Shown in pieces: positions 50,850 to 64,000 of a stretch of DNA of 64,000 nucleotides. Positions within the stretch are counted from its first letter, which is position 1; each line of letters opens with the position of its first letter. The translations under genes and the position numbers were made by a program. A model generated the notes under the pieces. That model saw only the letters and a program-made list of their open reading frames with translations, did no database searches and was not told the origin of the DNA. The stretch is from Octopus sinensis (lineage: Eukaryota): assembly GCF_006345805.1 (NCBI RefSeq), contig NC_043004.1:63364001-63428000 (forward strand), given 5' to 3'.

Positions 50850-52800
50850 AATATTAGTGTAATACGCCCAGAGCCACTCTAATATTTTAAGAGTAAAATT
50901 GAAGATTTCTCAGTTTTCTGTGAATCGATTTTGATGAAAGTTTTCCCAGCATATTTTTAGATAATAACTCTGTGGAATCTTGCGCAATTCCTTTTGTCGG
51001 GTGTGTTGTTTGTAGAAACTCGCACTTCAGCAAAGGGAATTGCCGTTTATTTTTTCCAACAATGTAATTTTCCTTGCATTTGGTTAAGTAATGCAGTATA
51101 TAAAGTTCTGCATCTTCCAGTTCATATCTGCATTAACTTTGAACGAGAATCTACTCTTGAATTTTACGTGGGAACCACTTTCTAAGCAATTAAAGTTGTT
51201 GTTATTGCATATTCCACATCTGTTATGTCCTTATTCTTTACGGAGAATACTAATTCATTGTCTGATGTGTATTCTGTTTTTGTGAGATTTTCTGGTTGGC
51301 GTCTACTGTTTCGTATGAGGTTTTAATCAATCAGATTTCTCAATTTGGGTTATTTAGGACTATACGTACGTTTGATTTTATGGTGTGAAAGATGTTTGCT
51401 TCTCCAGGATTGTGTGTGTTGATGAATGGAATCGTGTGTTCATTATGGTTTTCCTTTGGGGTCCTTAGCTGTGTAAGGCTCAGCTTCAACGTTTTGTTAA
51501 TTCCCTCGTTTATTAATTGTAATTGGTATTTCTGTTTTGTTAGGAACCTTTGAGACCGTTGGATTTGACGTACTTTGTTGTCAATCACAATAGTACATAT
51601 AAGTCTTGCTATTCTGTATGGGATGTTCCTTTTGGTGTGTGAGGGATGGTAAGAGTAGAAACTGAAATACTGGTGCGATTCCGTGTTTTGCAAAAAATGT
51701 CTGTTGTGACTGAGAAGTTGTGTATTTTTATGTGAATATCCAGAATCCAATTGGATTCTGACGTGAATTTGATGGATGTGTGAAGTGTGTTGAGTATATT
51801 ATTAACCTCATTTGATTTGTCCCAAATGATGAAGTCATAATAGGAAAGCGTTTCCACTTTTTAATGACGTATTTCTTAGAATCCTGATTAAAATCTCTTT
51901 CCACCTCCTCATAAAGCTTTTCTTACGAGAATCCCATAACTAGGTTAGTATATGAGGGTGCAAATCGCGCACCCTTAGCCGTGCTCTTTTATCTGTCGAT
52001 ATGTCTTATTATGGAATCTAACGCTGTTTACGTCTAGTACCAGACGTGTGGCTTTGGTGATGAAGTCAGTTTGAAGTATTTATTTATCCGTACTCTATGT
52101 TTCTCTATCCAGTGTTTTAGCGCTTCCAGGCTCAAAGCGTGAGGTATATTGGTATGAAGAATGGCGACGTCAAAGCTAGTATGTATAGTGCTTTCTGAGA
52201 CCGTAGGTAAAATGCGCTGGAGAAAATCTATGCCGTCCTGTGTATAGGTGGGAATTAATGGGCATACAGGTTTTAGAAGTATGTCCAAAAAAACGACTCA
52301 TCTGTTTTTTTGGGCCTTGAGGTACAGCAATTATTGGTCTGAGTTTGAGGTCAGTAGTCTTAGTATGTTTATCTATTGGTTCCTCTTATCATTTATGGCC
52401 CTCTGTATTTCGGAGCTTTTGTGGATGTTGGGTAATCCGAAGAAATTCCTTCCTGTGAAGGAATCTTGGTATTCATTAGTGTTTTGATTTTTATCCATTA
52501 TTGCTTTTTCCCGCGTTCCTTGGTTCTTTCTTGTAATAAGTTTGCTCTATTAGAATTTCCAATATTTTATATTTATAGCAGTCATTGTCCGTGGTCATTA
52601 TAGCGCCTCCTTTATCGGCTTCTTTTAGGAGAACTGAATTGTCATTCATCAGTATTAACAGGGTTTCTCATTTTATTCACGAAGTTTTTGATTGCATATT
52701 CGGGTACTTAAGGGAAATTTCCAAATTGTGTCTCTATGTGCATCTGATGTTTGACATTCTTTTGGTAGGAGTAAAGTGGGATTTATTTCTGAGAATTGAA
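50850..52800 (-). mobile_element. Penelope-like element (Neptune-like), decayed RT plus GIY-YIG
   Basis: RT as at 40500, continuing YRQIK..A.GARFAPSY.NLVMG, KWKR..D.FIIW, IKFT, HPSHTKRNIPY; then CGIC...F.V...MNW..QNFIYCIT. Confidence 0.82.
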
Positions 52801-53776
52801 ATGTCATTTATATCCTTGTTGCCGACGAATATTATAAGTTGAAAGTGCCCAAATTGCCACATAGTGGGACTAAACCCGGAACCATGCGGTTGGTAAGCAA
52901 GCTACCTACCACACAGCCACATAAAAATATGACTATTCATCTACTTCTAGCATAATGTAGACAGTTGTTATACTCAAGTAAACTATCACCTCCCTCTTGT
53001 CTTCTACACCCGCAATTAAGAAATAACAGCTCTAAAATCATCCTCATAACACTTATTGTCCTTCACAAGCACCGATTTGTAATAGCTTAAAATGTTAACA
53101 ATTAACACTTAACAACATGCTAAAACATGCATATTTACTGGTGCATATTTACTGGCAAATAATCGTTACTGGTAAATATACAAATACTTATGTCTCCTAG
53201 TCGTTGAGGGCGATAAATCGTGTCCTTATTTGGTTCGAATTTGTATATCAAAACTATTTGAAAGTATTTCATGGTTATATATAACACTAATTTATGATTG
53301 GCTGATCTTCAATAAACAATTGGATTGCCCGTATGTAATGTGCCATATAAGCAGTAGGAGTAGCAATAAGATATTCGATCACAAAGACATTTAGAACACC
53401 GTGCCAAGAAGTCGATCTAAAATAGGTAAGTGTTAAAATTTTCACTTGCGTCTTCTATAAATATTACGCATATTCGTACGTATAAAATATATGCCACATG
53501 AACTGAGTCAATTTTGTACAAAACTTCAGTAATTATTTAAGTATTTAAGTATCTTTTATCTTTCTATTTTTAATTGTTTCAATCATTGGTTAGCACTTAT
53601 TTTAAATCGAATGAATTGATCACAGTACTTTTTATTAAGCCTAGCACCTATTATTTCGCTCGGCTTTGCCGTTTTTTTTATGATACGGCGAAGTAAACAA
53701 ATCAGAAGTGTTTGTCAAATGGTGGTGAGTACAGCCACAACAAAAGAGACATATACACACACTCATATCTATGTAC

Positions 53777-53836
<60 letters not shown>

Positions 53837-54417
53837 TTATGTGTGTGTGTGTGTATGCATGTACATATATGACGGGCTTCTTTCAATTTCTTTCAATAGG
53901 AAGTGATTGACGACACTCACCTGCAAAACAAAATTCTAAAACCTATTATCAGACATTTATCTCTATATCACAGAACTTTGTTTTACTATTACTTGTTTTT
54001 TTTCTCTCCCTACATCTAGTTAGTTAGGGTTAAATATATATATAAGTATGTATGTGTGTATGTATGTATGTATGTATGTATGTATGTATGTATGTATGTA
54101 TGTATGTATGTATGTATGTATGTACGAATGTATGTATGATGTATGTATGTGTGTATGCACATACGTACGCATGTGCGTATATATGTATACGCGCACGTAT
54201 GCATTTGCCCATGTATGTGTGTGCCCATACGTAGTGCTGTCAGTAAACAGGTCGCGGATTTTAGCGACGAAAATACTTTGACAAATTAAATGTTGAAGTG
54301 AATCGAACGGCTTTTGTGTGTTTCTTAAATGGCTTACAAACACCTTTCCACGCTGCAATAGTTTTCATTCCAGCACACGATTTCAGATCAAATCACTTGC
54401 CATGCGAGTACGTCTCC

Positions 54418-54487
<70 letters not shown>

Positions 54488-55689
54488 ATATATATGTATG
54501 TATGTATATATATACATACATCCATACATTCATTCATACATACATACATACATTCATTCATATATACATACATACATACATACATTCATTCATACATACA
54601 TACATACATACATATAAATATACGCTTGCGTCTGGGGTGAGTCATTCTCTTTTAGTAGTTAATCATTTAACACACTCACCGGTAATTTTTCTACTCATTT
54701 ACTTATTTATTTTTCACAAAATTTCTGTCTTGGAACCTTTTCAATAGTCGTTGACTCTGTCCGTTATCCGAGCTGCGTTCATTTTGTCTGTTTGTGCGTA
54801 TGTGTGTGGATCAGTACGTGTGCGCATACACATATATGTATGTGTGCATGCATGCATATAGGTTTGTGTATGCATGTGTGTGTAAGTCTGTGTGAGTATT
54901 TTTATATGTATGTACATGTGTAAGTTTTCTTTTTCTTTCTGAATATTCACTTGTTTATGTTTTTTGTGTATGTATGTGTTTTTGCATGTGTGTGTGTGTG
55001 TGTGTCTGTACTTCTCTCAGGCAACATATTTAATGAAATCACTGGGAGCATCGAAGATTCGGCATGAGTCGTCACAAGCAGCAACACTCCAAGTGTTGTT
55101 TTCCACTGCATTTTTCATCTGAAAAGTTTTTAACACCAATGTCCGACGGATCTACTTATCCAGCAGCATGGTTTCTGAGAAATTCCACCTTCAGTACCGA
55201 CATCACTTCAAACTAGCACGTTTGCTGGAGAAGTAATGTGCATCTATTAGCATCTATTAGCTAATCCTGCAAATAACCATTGTTTTTATTTGTTGTTTAT
55301 GAGAAAGTTTACTCGAAATTAATGGGTGTTCGTAACCATATGTTACACAGTCAAAGTGGGGCAAGTGGATAGGATCACTTGTAGAATTCAAAAGTAAATC
55401 AAATATACGTGTCACATGTTTTAGCCTTCTGACTACAGTAACTGTTCGGCCCAATCAACATTTCTTTATGCCAGTGTAAATAAAATAAATTACACAAATT
55501 GAAATAAAACAGGATTCGGTTTGATTCACACAAATGCATCGTAGATCATGATTTGTAATGTGTACAGTATCCCGTGAAGGGTGTTGGTAAAGAGAAATAT
55601 ATTAAAATATATACGGAATGTCAATTGCCTATGCACTAATGACAGTTTGATGGTAAAATCTTATTCAAGACTATCAATTCTGAGTTACA

Positions 55690-55890
55690 TAAGAGGTGGT
55701 GATTAAAATTATATGGCTTTAGATCAGTCAATTTTGATTATATTCAAAATATTCCCTTGCAGGATTTGCTAATTTATTGCAGTGGCCCTTCAGTTTTTGT
55801 AAATCCTGTAATAGTAATAGGAATGTTGGGTCGCCAACGAGGTCTTTGCCGATACCCGTAAAACTCGAAACTTTTCAGTAACCCCTCGTA
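55690..55890. mobile_element. decayed mariner-derived MITE (inverted paralogue of 37607)
   Basis: taagaggtgg ... cttttcagtaacccctcgta. Confidence 0.55.
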
Positions 55891-56148
55891 CATATTTCGC
55901 GCTGTGTTCCCCAAGTAATTTCTGTTCATTAAGAGTCATCAGTTGCAACTTGTTAATTCATATTATCATCTCAGTGCTCAAAACTAAATTATTAGCTTAA
56001 ATTTTACACTTGTGCATCATTATCTCTTTGATGTTATGTCAGCTTCATTCTTGGAAAATCTTTTTGGCTTAATAACCCATTCGTAATGTTACTGAAGTCA
56101 AAGGAAATCTAACATGAGATCTTTAACTTTTTCTTTTTTACATTTCAG

Positions 56149-56181
56149 ATCGCTGAATAGTTTCGAGATGGCGGAAAGAGA
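56149..56181 (+). other. candidate 33-nt micro-exon with ATG
   Basis: ttttctttttttacatttcag | atcgctgaatagtttcgagATGGCGGAAAGAGA | gtaagt. Confidence 0.55.
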
Positions 56182-57557
56182 GTAAGTATTTGTTTATTGA
56201 AATATTGAAAAGCCTCTTCGTTATGGCATCCGTTATATAAATACATTTATAAAAATATTGTTCCCCAATTCCTCTCTCTGTATACGATCATCACATACCC
56301 AGAGCATTACGAGATATTCACAAACTTCTTAGTCACCAACCCCAAGAATTTTACATTACCATAAACCAAACTCGAAATAAATTTTGTATTCTGAGTGTTC
56401 TGAGTGTGTCTGAGTGTTCGTAGATGTTTGCGCACGTGTGCGTATATATGTATGTATGTATATATATGTGTTTGAGTCTGCGCGCGGATGTATGTGTATG
56501 CGCATGAACGTATGTATATGCATATGCGGAAAACACCAAATATTCCATATAATAAATATATGCTAAAATATGTGATTAACCCGAAATTTCGCAACCAGGT
56601 GCATATATATGCAAATATGAACTACTACATGCACACATCTGTTGGTAAAATATCTGAGCAGGCATTCGTATGTATCTCTTTGCGTAGATACATACGAATG
56701 TATGTATGTATGTATATATATATATGTATGTACGCATGTATGTATGTACCTAAATATCGGTCGATCTAACTATCGGTATATCTATCTATTTCACTATATA
56801 TCTATTTGTCTATGTAGCTATGTATGTATACATGTATGTATATATGTATGTCTCCATCTAATTTTATCGTATCTATCTCTCTCTAACAATCTATCTAACG
56901 ATCTACACTAGCCTCAATGTTTCATAATCATTAACAATGTCACGTCGGCATACTTGACTTTCCTATGATTTGTGACAAAGTGCTCTTCTTTCAAAGAAGT
57001 AAAGCTTTCCACTGCATTTTAACAACAATGTCCGACAAATCTATTTATCCAGCAGTATAATTTCTGAGAACTTGTACCTTCAGTACCGACCTCACTTCAA
57101 ACTAGCACGTTTGCTGGAGAAGTAATGTGCATCTATCTAGGGACATTAGCTAATCCTGCAAATAACCATTGTTTTTATTTGTCATTTTTCACCACTGGAC
57201 ACTAATGCACATTTTTCTTATGAAGAATATCAACCTTGCCATGTTCGTAAGAGATATCAATGTTCATATAAGCCAAAGCGTTTTTCGACTGTGTTTGAAG
57301 CACAAATCAATTCTCTACAATGAACACAGTATATCACGAATGTGCTCGGCACAGTAGTTCCTTGCAAGTAGCCGTCACCTTTAGTGTATCTTTTTGTATG
57401 TGCACAAAAAATGACTGACGCATATACAATATTATATGATGTTACGTCTGCTTCATTCTTGGAAAATCTCTTTGCTTTAATAACCCACTCGTAATGTTAC
57501 TGTAGTCTAAGGAAATCTAATATGAGATCTTTACCTTTTTTTTTCTTTACATTTCAG

Positions 57558-57590
57558 ATCCCTGAATCGTTGCAAGATGGCGGTAAAAGG
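57558..57590 (+). other. candidate 33-nt micro-exon with ATG (diverged copy)
   Basis: ttttttttctttacatttcag | atccctgaatcgttgcaagATGGCGGTAAAAGG | gtaagt. Confidence 0.55.
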
Positions 57591-58247
57591 GTAAGTATTT
57601 ATTTATTGAAATACTTAAACGCCCCTTCGTTATGGCATCCGTTATATAAATACATTTATAAAAATATTGTTCCCCAATTCCTTTCTCTGTATACGATCAT
57701 CACATACCCAGAGCATTACGAGATATTCACAAACTTCTTATTTACCAACCCCCAGAATTTTACAATATATTTTGTATTCATGTGTGTGTGAGTGTTCATG
57801 GATGTTTGTGCACGTGTGCGTATGTATGTATGTATGTGTTTGAGATGCGTGCATTCGTATGTATCTCCTTGCGTCGATATATACGAATGTATGTATGTAT
57901 GTATGCATGTATGTATATATGTATGTATGTGTGTATGTATGTATGTATGTATGTATGTACAAGTGTATGTATGTACCTAAATATCGGCCGATCTAACTAT
58001 CGGTATATCTATCTATTTCACTATATATCTATTTGTCTATGTAGCTATGTATGTATACATGTATGTATATAAGTATGTCTCCATCTATTTTTATCGTATC
58101 TATCTCCCTCTAACCATCTATCTATCGATCTACCTATCTGTTTGACTATCTATTTGTCTCTATCTATTTATTTATATATATATTTATCTCTCCATCTATC
58201 TACCTGTCTGTCTGTCTGTTTATATATCTATCTCTCTATCTATTGTC

Positions 58248-58669
58248 TAACTTGAAAAGCAATGTGAGAATGGAGAGGCAGGTTTCCTCTATTGAAAGTT
58301 TCAAAAAATGTGGGTGAATGTGGCAGAGGTGGTTCGTGCGAGGGATGGAACCACTTTTGATCCTGTTAATCGAACAGAAAGAGAGAGAGGGAGCACTTTA
58401 CTCTGATGTGTTTGTTATTTCCTTGCCTGTCTTTTCCGTAGGCTTTTCTTTCCACGGATAAACCTAATTTGGTTTCTTACATTTCTAAAATTTCTTCTGT
58501 GATACACAATCCCTTTTGATCGACTTCCTTTTGCCCCCGACCCCTTTTTGATCGGAAGTTTACTTTCTTCCTCTTTTTTCACTCCTTTTCTTTGTCATTT
58601 TCGAAAAGAAAAGCTCTACATTTGTATTTGTCCCTTCTGTGTTCAGCCTTGTGTGGTCAATAAAGTAAG

Positions 58670-58670
<1 letters not shown>
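58248..58670 (+). mobile_element. Tx1-clade LINE copy C' (inverted duplicate of copy C)
   Basis: Reverse complement of 32560-32984; ends gtggtcaataaagtaagt then (TATC)n. Confidence 0.85.
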
Positions 58671-58736
<66 letters not shown>

Positions 58737-58748
58737 GCATTCTTTATT

Positions 58749-58797
<49 letters not shown>

Positions 58798-58850
58798 ATA
58801 TCTATCTATCTATCTATCTATCTATCAATCTATCTATCTATCTATCTATC
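58671..58850. repeat. (TATC)n array between Tx1 copies C' and D
   Basis: Directly visible. Confidence 0.97.
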
Positions 58851-59048
58851 GACTGACGTGTTGTCACCTCGGCTCCGAAGGTAATCGTTTATTTTGACTA
58901 TTTATAGTCCATATTTTGTGTACATTTTTGTAAGTAAGGTGTGTAAGGCACCCAACTTTCGTTTAGTGCTTTTCCAAGGGAGGAATTCGCCCCTAGGGGC
59001 AGTTTCAACCCTATTTAATTTGCGTATTTTTCTTCTCGACATTAAAAA

Positions 59049-60920
59049 ATGTCGAGGAATGTTATTGTAGAACGCTGGTCGCGTTCCTTTATGGACCAGC
59101 ATTTTCTTAGACTTGAAACGCTAGCAGAAAAAAAGAACTTATGCACGCACACACATTCGACAAAGACAAAGCTGAGTGACGTGGTAGTGAAAGCTGCAAT
59201 CACTTGCGGTAACAGCCCTGTCACCACCACCACCAATAACAACAACAACAACGAGACTACTACTGCTACCATCACCACCACAAAAACAACAACAACAAGA
59301 ACAACAACAACAATGAAATAAATATTTTAACATCTAATAGTGAAGATGTTAATATAAGAGAGTCAACAGCACCTGCAAAAGCCACGTACAAGAATATTTC
59401 GGATACAACAACAACAAAAACACACAACGACAACATAACAGTAAATTTCGAATGAAGAGTTAATAGAAACGAGAGCACTCTTTACAACCCAAGGGCAGGA
59501 TTTAGTGCTGCATACACCTAAACACATAAAGGAACAAATAGAAAATAAGACAATTATATATAAAATTATAAAAAAACAATCAACAAAATGAACAGATTAC
59601 AAAAACGGACAGAGAAAAGTGTTTAAAAAACATAATGAAAAAAAATAATATATAAACTGGGGTCCCCAGTTTAATACAGTGGTGGTCCGCTTCCCTAACC
59701 AGGAAGTGGCAAAAGCTCACTCTACGGAGTCTTTGCAAAATGATGAAATCATCATGGTCCCATATTACAAAGGCCAGAGAGTGAGTAGAATTAGCATTAA
59801 AAATGTACCCCCCGAGATACCTAACAAATGAATAACAGGAGCGATCTGTTACCATTTGAAAACGATAAACATATTAAGAACCACTGTGTACAAAAACGAC
59901 AATTGGGGTGGTAAAACAATAGTAGTGACCATCCAGATTGAGGGGTCCTCTATCGAGAACCTACCTGATAGGATCCATTTAGAAAATGGGTAAAGCCTAT
60001 ATGTTGTAGCAGAAGGCAAAAAGCCTAGATGCTACAACTGTGGCAGACCAGAACATTTAATTGCAAAGTGCGCTCTGGCACAGAAAAAACAAGAAAGAAC
60101 AAATCAGAGAACAAATAAAAAACCCTTGTTGCCAACACCAACACCAACACCAACACACTCAATTATAGAACAATGCCAAGAAAAACAACAAAACAGCAAA
60201 CAAACCCCAACAACATCACCAAGAAAAGAAACAGCACTAACACAATCACCGTTGACGTCGCAACCAATTCAACATACTGAACCAACAAAAAATAGACCAA
60301 CACCAATACCGAGGATGACAACTAAAAAAAACAGAAAACAGTGACGAGAAGACAAATTCTACCCCAAACACCCCAACAACACAAACACCGCACAAGACAT
60401 GAAAAATTTCTACAAGCATACATATTAACGCAAATGTTTTGCCTTTACCCCATCCTGATTCGTCGGACTCGTCGTCCAACGACGAAAGTTCGTCGGAATG
60501 GCAAATAGCCACAGGGGGTAAATGGAAAAGATCAAAAAAGCCCACCAAACAAGGAAGTAAAGCAGGGAGATATTTAACTCCGGACAGCATCCCCCTAGAC
60601 AATCAAAAAATCAATGAACCCGCAAAACCACACAACTAACTGCAATAGACACAGACAATAAAAAATTAATGGATTACATTGCATCCAACACGGACATCTG
60701 TGAAGATGACTTTAAGACAAATAATCATCTGCGCACCACACCACCGAAACACATAAGAATTGTACACATAACACAAACACAACACCATGCACTGAAAACA
60801 ATATTTCCAAATGCTGTAGGCGGGTTTCAACGATACCTCTGCAAAAAACTATACAAACACCTCCTCAAAGACAGTACAAAAGAAGAAGAAAAAACTGAAA
60901 CTTTCGAAATGAGTAAGTGA
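59049..60920 (+). pseudogene. Tx1 ORF1 (gag-like, CCHC zinc knuckle), broken by stops and frameshifts
   Basis: YVVAEGKKPRCYNCGRPEHLIAKC at ~60000-60070; Thr/Gln/Pro-rich and acidic Ser-rich segments. Confidence 0.75.
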
Positions 60921-60986
60921 CCTTCCCTCTTGCCTCTTGTCTCTTCCAATGTAGTGTGTGAAACACAAATTTCTTAAACGTCAATT

Positions 60987-61748
60987 ATGCTTAAATTAGG
61001 TTGTGTGAAAGCGCGTGGCTTGGCGTCGGCTTGGAAGCAAGGTTACCTTCTAAACGACATCAAGTCACTGAACATAGATATAGTAGCTATCAGTGAAACC
61101 AGACTCAGCAAGCCGCGGGCCCTCGCGTCCATGTTTGGCAATCAATTCGACATTTATTTTTCTCCCCCTCTGCCGAAAATGGGTGGTGGAGGTACTGCGG
61201 TGCTTTTTCGAAAGAGTCTAAATGTAAAAGTAAGAACAACATTCCTAGACCCGGAGGGTAGTCTGGTTGTCTTGGACGTGGATGGCAGACATGGGTGTGC
61301 ATTCCGTCTGATGGCAGTTTATGCACCGTCCTTCACGGGTCGGGCGGATTTCTTCAGACGTCTAGAGGTTTTCCTGGGTACGTCTAGACCTTTACTGTTA
61401 GTAGGGGATTGGAACGCTACCTTGGACACGCATCTAGATTATGTGGGAATGGATAGGAATAGAAGGGAGTGTAAGTGCCTCAAAGACCTACTCAGACGTT
61501 TCCATTTGTCTGACAGGTTCCGACTCGATCATCCGAACGTGCCAACGTGGACTTGGACACACCGCGTTGGATCGTCGAGATCTTATCTAGATAGAATTCT
61601 ATGCAGGACAGCGGATAGGGATAGTGTAGGATGTCCACAATTTAAAATAGTCAGCCACACAGATCACAAATTTGTGACGTGTACGCTCGACTTAGATAAG
61701 ACACATAGACAGGGTCCCAGTTACTGGAAACTGAACACGTCGCTCTAA
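60987..61748 (+). pseudogene. apurinic-like endonuclease domain of Tx1 ORF2
   Basis: IDIVAISET, GGGGTAVL, VYAP, LLVGDWNA, SRSYLDRIL, TDHKFV. Confidence 0.92.
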
Positions 61749-62308
61749 GCGCGACAGGTTTACAGGAACCGGATTAGCGAGTTAATTAAGAGGGCGCTAG
61801 CGGGAGCCGTCGTTAACAACCGCTGGTGGTTCGCCCTGAAAATGGCAATACAATCGGAACCAATTAGGTTTAGTAAGGAATTAGAGATAGATCGAAACAG
61901 AGTAGAGGGAGACCTGGCTAAGAAACTAGAAGAGGCACTTACCACTGGCAGAGCAACCAGCGTGCTGGCTGCGAGGATGGCCCTCGACCAACACCTCAAC
62001 GCCAAGCACGAAAGTTGCATCGTCAGAGCTAAAATGCGTGCCTTAAGGAACGAAGGGATCAAAGCTGCGCGAGAGGTTCGGGTAGCGGAGGCAACAGAGC
62101 CACCATTCGGTCTCTAATAGATCAACAGGGATGCAGTTTACTCGAAGCCGAAAGGATTTGTGAGGCCTTTCAACAGCACTTTGCTCGACTGTTTGGTGCG
62201 AGTGGTGGGTCGGAACGCAGTATGTATTTCAGTGCCTACCTGACCGACCTGCCGCGACTCTCGGCATGAGAAGCGGAGTGTTGTGAAAGTCCCATCACAG
62301 CCGCTGAC

Positions 62309-63212
62309 GTGCGGGATGCGATGACGGTCTGCGCGAGGGGTAAGTCGCCTGGATTGGATGGTTTACCCTACGAGCTGTATTGTCAAATGCCAGACTTGTT
62401 TGGCGACCTCTTGGCATCAGTCTATTGCAACTGGCAACAAAATGGGAGAATCCCGTTTCGTGAGCCGAGGTGCAGTGACGTTGCTGAAGAAAGACCCAAA
62501 CAAGGGGAATTTTATAGATAATTTCAGGCCCATCACTCTGCTCAACGCAGATTTGAAAATTTTGGCTAAAGTAATAGCCGAGAGGTTGGCGCTTGTCTTT
62601 GGTAACCTGGTCGACAGGGCGCAAACATGCGCCGTGCCAGGCAGAACCATACATGACAACCTCCATCTGATGCGCTACATTGTGGACAGAGAAGTTAAGG
62701 ATTCTGGCATAGGTGGGGCGCTGATCAATTTGGATCAGTCTAAAGCCTTCGATAGGGTCGACCACCGGTACTTGACGGCCGTCCTCAGGGCGGCTGGCTT
62801 CGGTCCCTTCTTCCGCGGTTGGATCGCTGCCTTGTATAGCAGCATCCGATCGGTGATTCGGGTGAACGGTCACCTGTCGAAACCGTTTGACATCACGCGT
62901 TCGGTCCGTCAGGGGTGTACCCTGTCGGCGCTTCTGTATGTATTGACTCGCGAGCCGCTACTGCGGAAGCTGGTGACACTGAGGAGCACCCCACGGGAAC
63001 TGGGTTGCGGGACGAGCGTGTTGGCATGTGCGGACGATGTCACCGTCATAGTGTCGAGCGACAAACACATCCGGATGATAGGCGAGACATTAAGAAAATA
63101 CGAAACGGTGACGGGAGCGAAGATTAACTCGGAAAAGTCAATGGGTTTGCTACTCGGCACCTGGAGAAGCAAGCCCATGCCGTCCGACTGCGGCTTAGTA
63201 GTGGGACGCTAG
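62309..63212 (+). pseudogene. reverse transcriptase domain of Tx1 ORF2, frameshifted
   Basis: KSPGLDGLPYE, NFRPITLLNADLKILAK, LINLDQSKAFDRV, VRQGCTLS, ACADD. Confidence 0.92.
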
Positions 63213-64000
63213 ACGGACGGACCGGTTAAATTTCTCGGGGTCTGGTTCAGTCCAGACCTCCAAATGGATAAGAACTGGGACGAGATCACGAGTAGAGTGG
63301 TCGCTCGCAGCAAACATGGGCCGAGAGAAAGCTGTCTCTAAAAGGTCGGGCGGAGGTGGCGAACGCATACATCGCATTCGTCATCGATTAACGCCTGACC
63401 GCCGTGCCTTGTCCCGACGCCACCATCACCAATCTGGAGCGCATACTCTTCCACTTGCTGTCAACATCCATTGAATGAAGGACTGGGGATGCCGTGGTTG
63501 ATGATGCGCAGGTATGCGCTGAGACTGCGACATCTCTGGAACTTCATCGATAACGGTGAACAGGTGTGGGCGCCGTTTGTGAAGTGAGCCTTCCCGCAGC
63601 TCGTCTCACTGACCGAACTGCAAACGTGGATCAAGAAGAGACCGAAACTGGGTGATTAGTACCGAGAGTGTCGCCACGCTCTACAGCAGCTCTGCCGACC
63701 GGGGTCAAACTTGTGCAACTTAGAAACGACTAAAGCGTTCTATAGAGGACTAGTGGAGGGGAAGTCCGACGACACACTCGGGGCAAACCTGGGCGTCGAC
63801 GAGAAATTCCTTGTCCCGCTTGTTCAGGACGACTTTCGGGCCGGGGCCTATGGATAACTTCTAGAAATCCCTGGCTTGGCAATGCTATCGAGACGCACTA
63901 CCTGTTCGAGAGAAGAGCCACTGGTACGGTTCGAAAACCATCACCGGACCGACCTGTCCGAGATGCGGTCAGAGCGACGAAACCGTCTGCACGCACTCGT

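Larger units (their letters stand above)
52033..58680. repeat. right arm of large inverted duplication
   Basis: Reverse complement of 32560-41272 without the extra tandem copy. Confidence 0.93.
58851..64000 (+). mobile_element. Tx1-clade LINE copy D, 5'-complete, runs past the window end, disrupted
   Basis: 5' UTR shared with copy A; ORF1 with CYNCGRPEHLIAKC; APE ORF 60987-61748; RT 62309-63212; zf-RVT region starts at ~63880. Confidence 0.94.

Overview
AT-rich, microsatellite-saturated eukaryotic DNA with no intact host gene recognisable. The SINE families, mariner MITE and RTE LINE resemble cephalopod (Octopus-type) repeats; this is inference. The window is mostly retroelements. It holds a Naiad-type Penelope-like element (6.3-9.0 kb) and two inverted copies of a pLTR-like repeat, each with a minimal type I hammerhead ribozyme (10.2 and 15.2 kb). 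It also holds CR1, RTE, R4/Dong-like and further Penelope fragments, and tRNA-derived SINEs. Five Tx1-clade (L1-like) LINE copies all sit, in one orientation, in (TATC)n microsatellites and form head-to-tail arrays. Structure above the element level: a 2.7 kb tandem duplication (21.2-26.0 kb), a 2.2 kb tandem duplication (33.5-37.5 kb), and a large inverted duplication (32.6-41.3 kb vs 52.0-58.7 kb). The inverted duplication carries four copies of a 33-nt ATG-containing micro-exon and a decayed paralogous segment. The strongest candidate for an undescribed system is a (TATC)n/(GATA)n-targeting Tx1 lineage. After the inverted duplication, different subfamilies inserted independently into the two paralogous microsatellites. 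Nearly all long Y/I/H/T/V/C-rich ORFs in the track are microsatellite artefacts. Coordinates were read by eye; boundaries of decayed elements are approximate.
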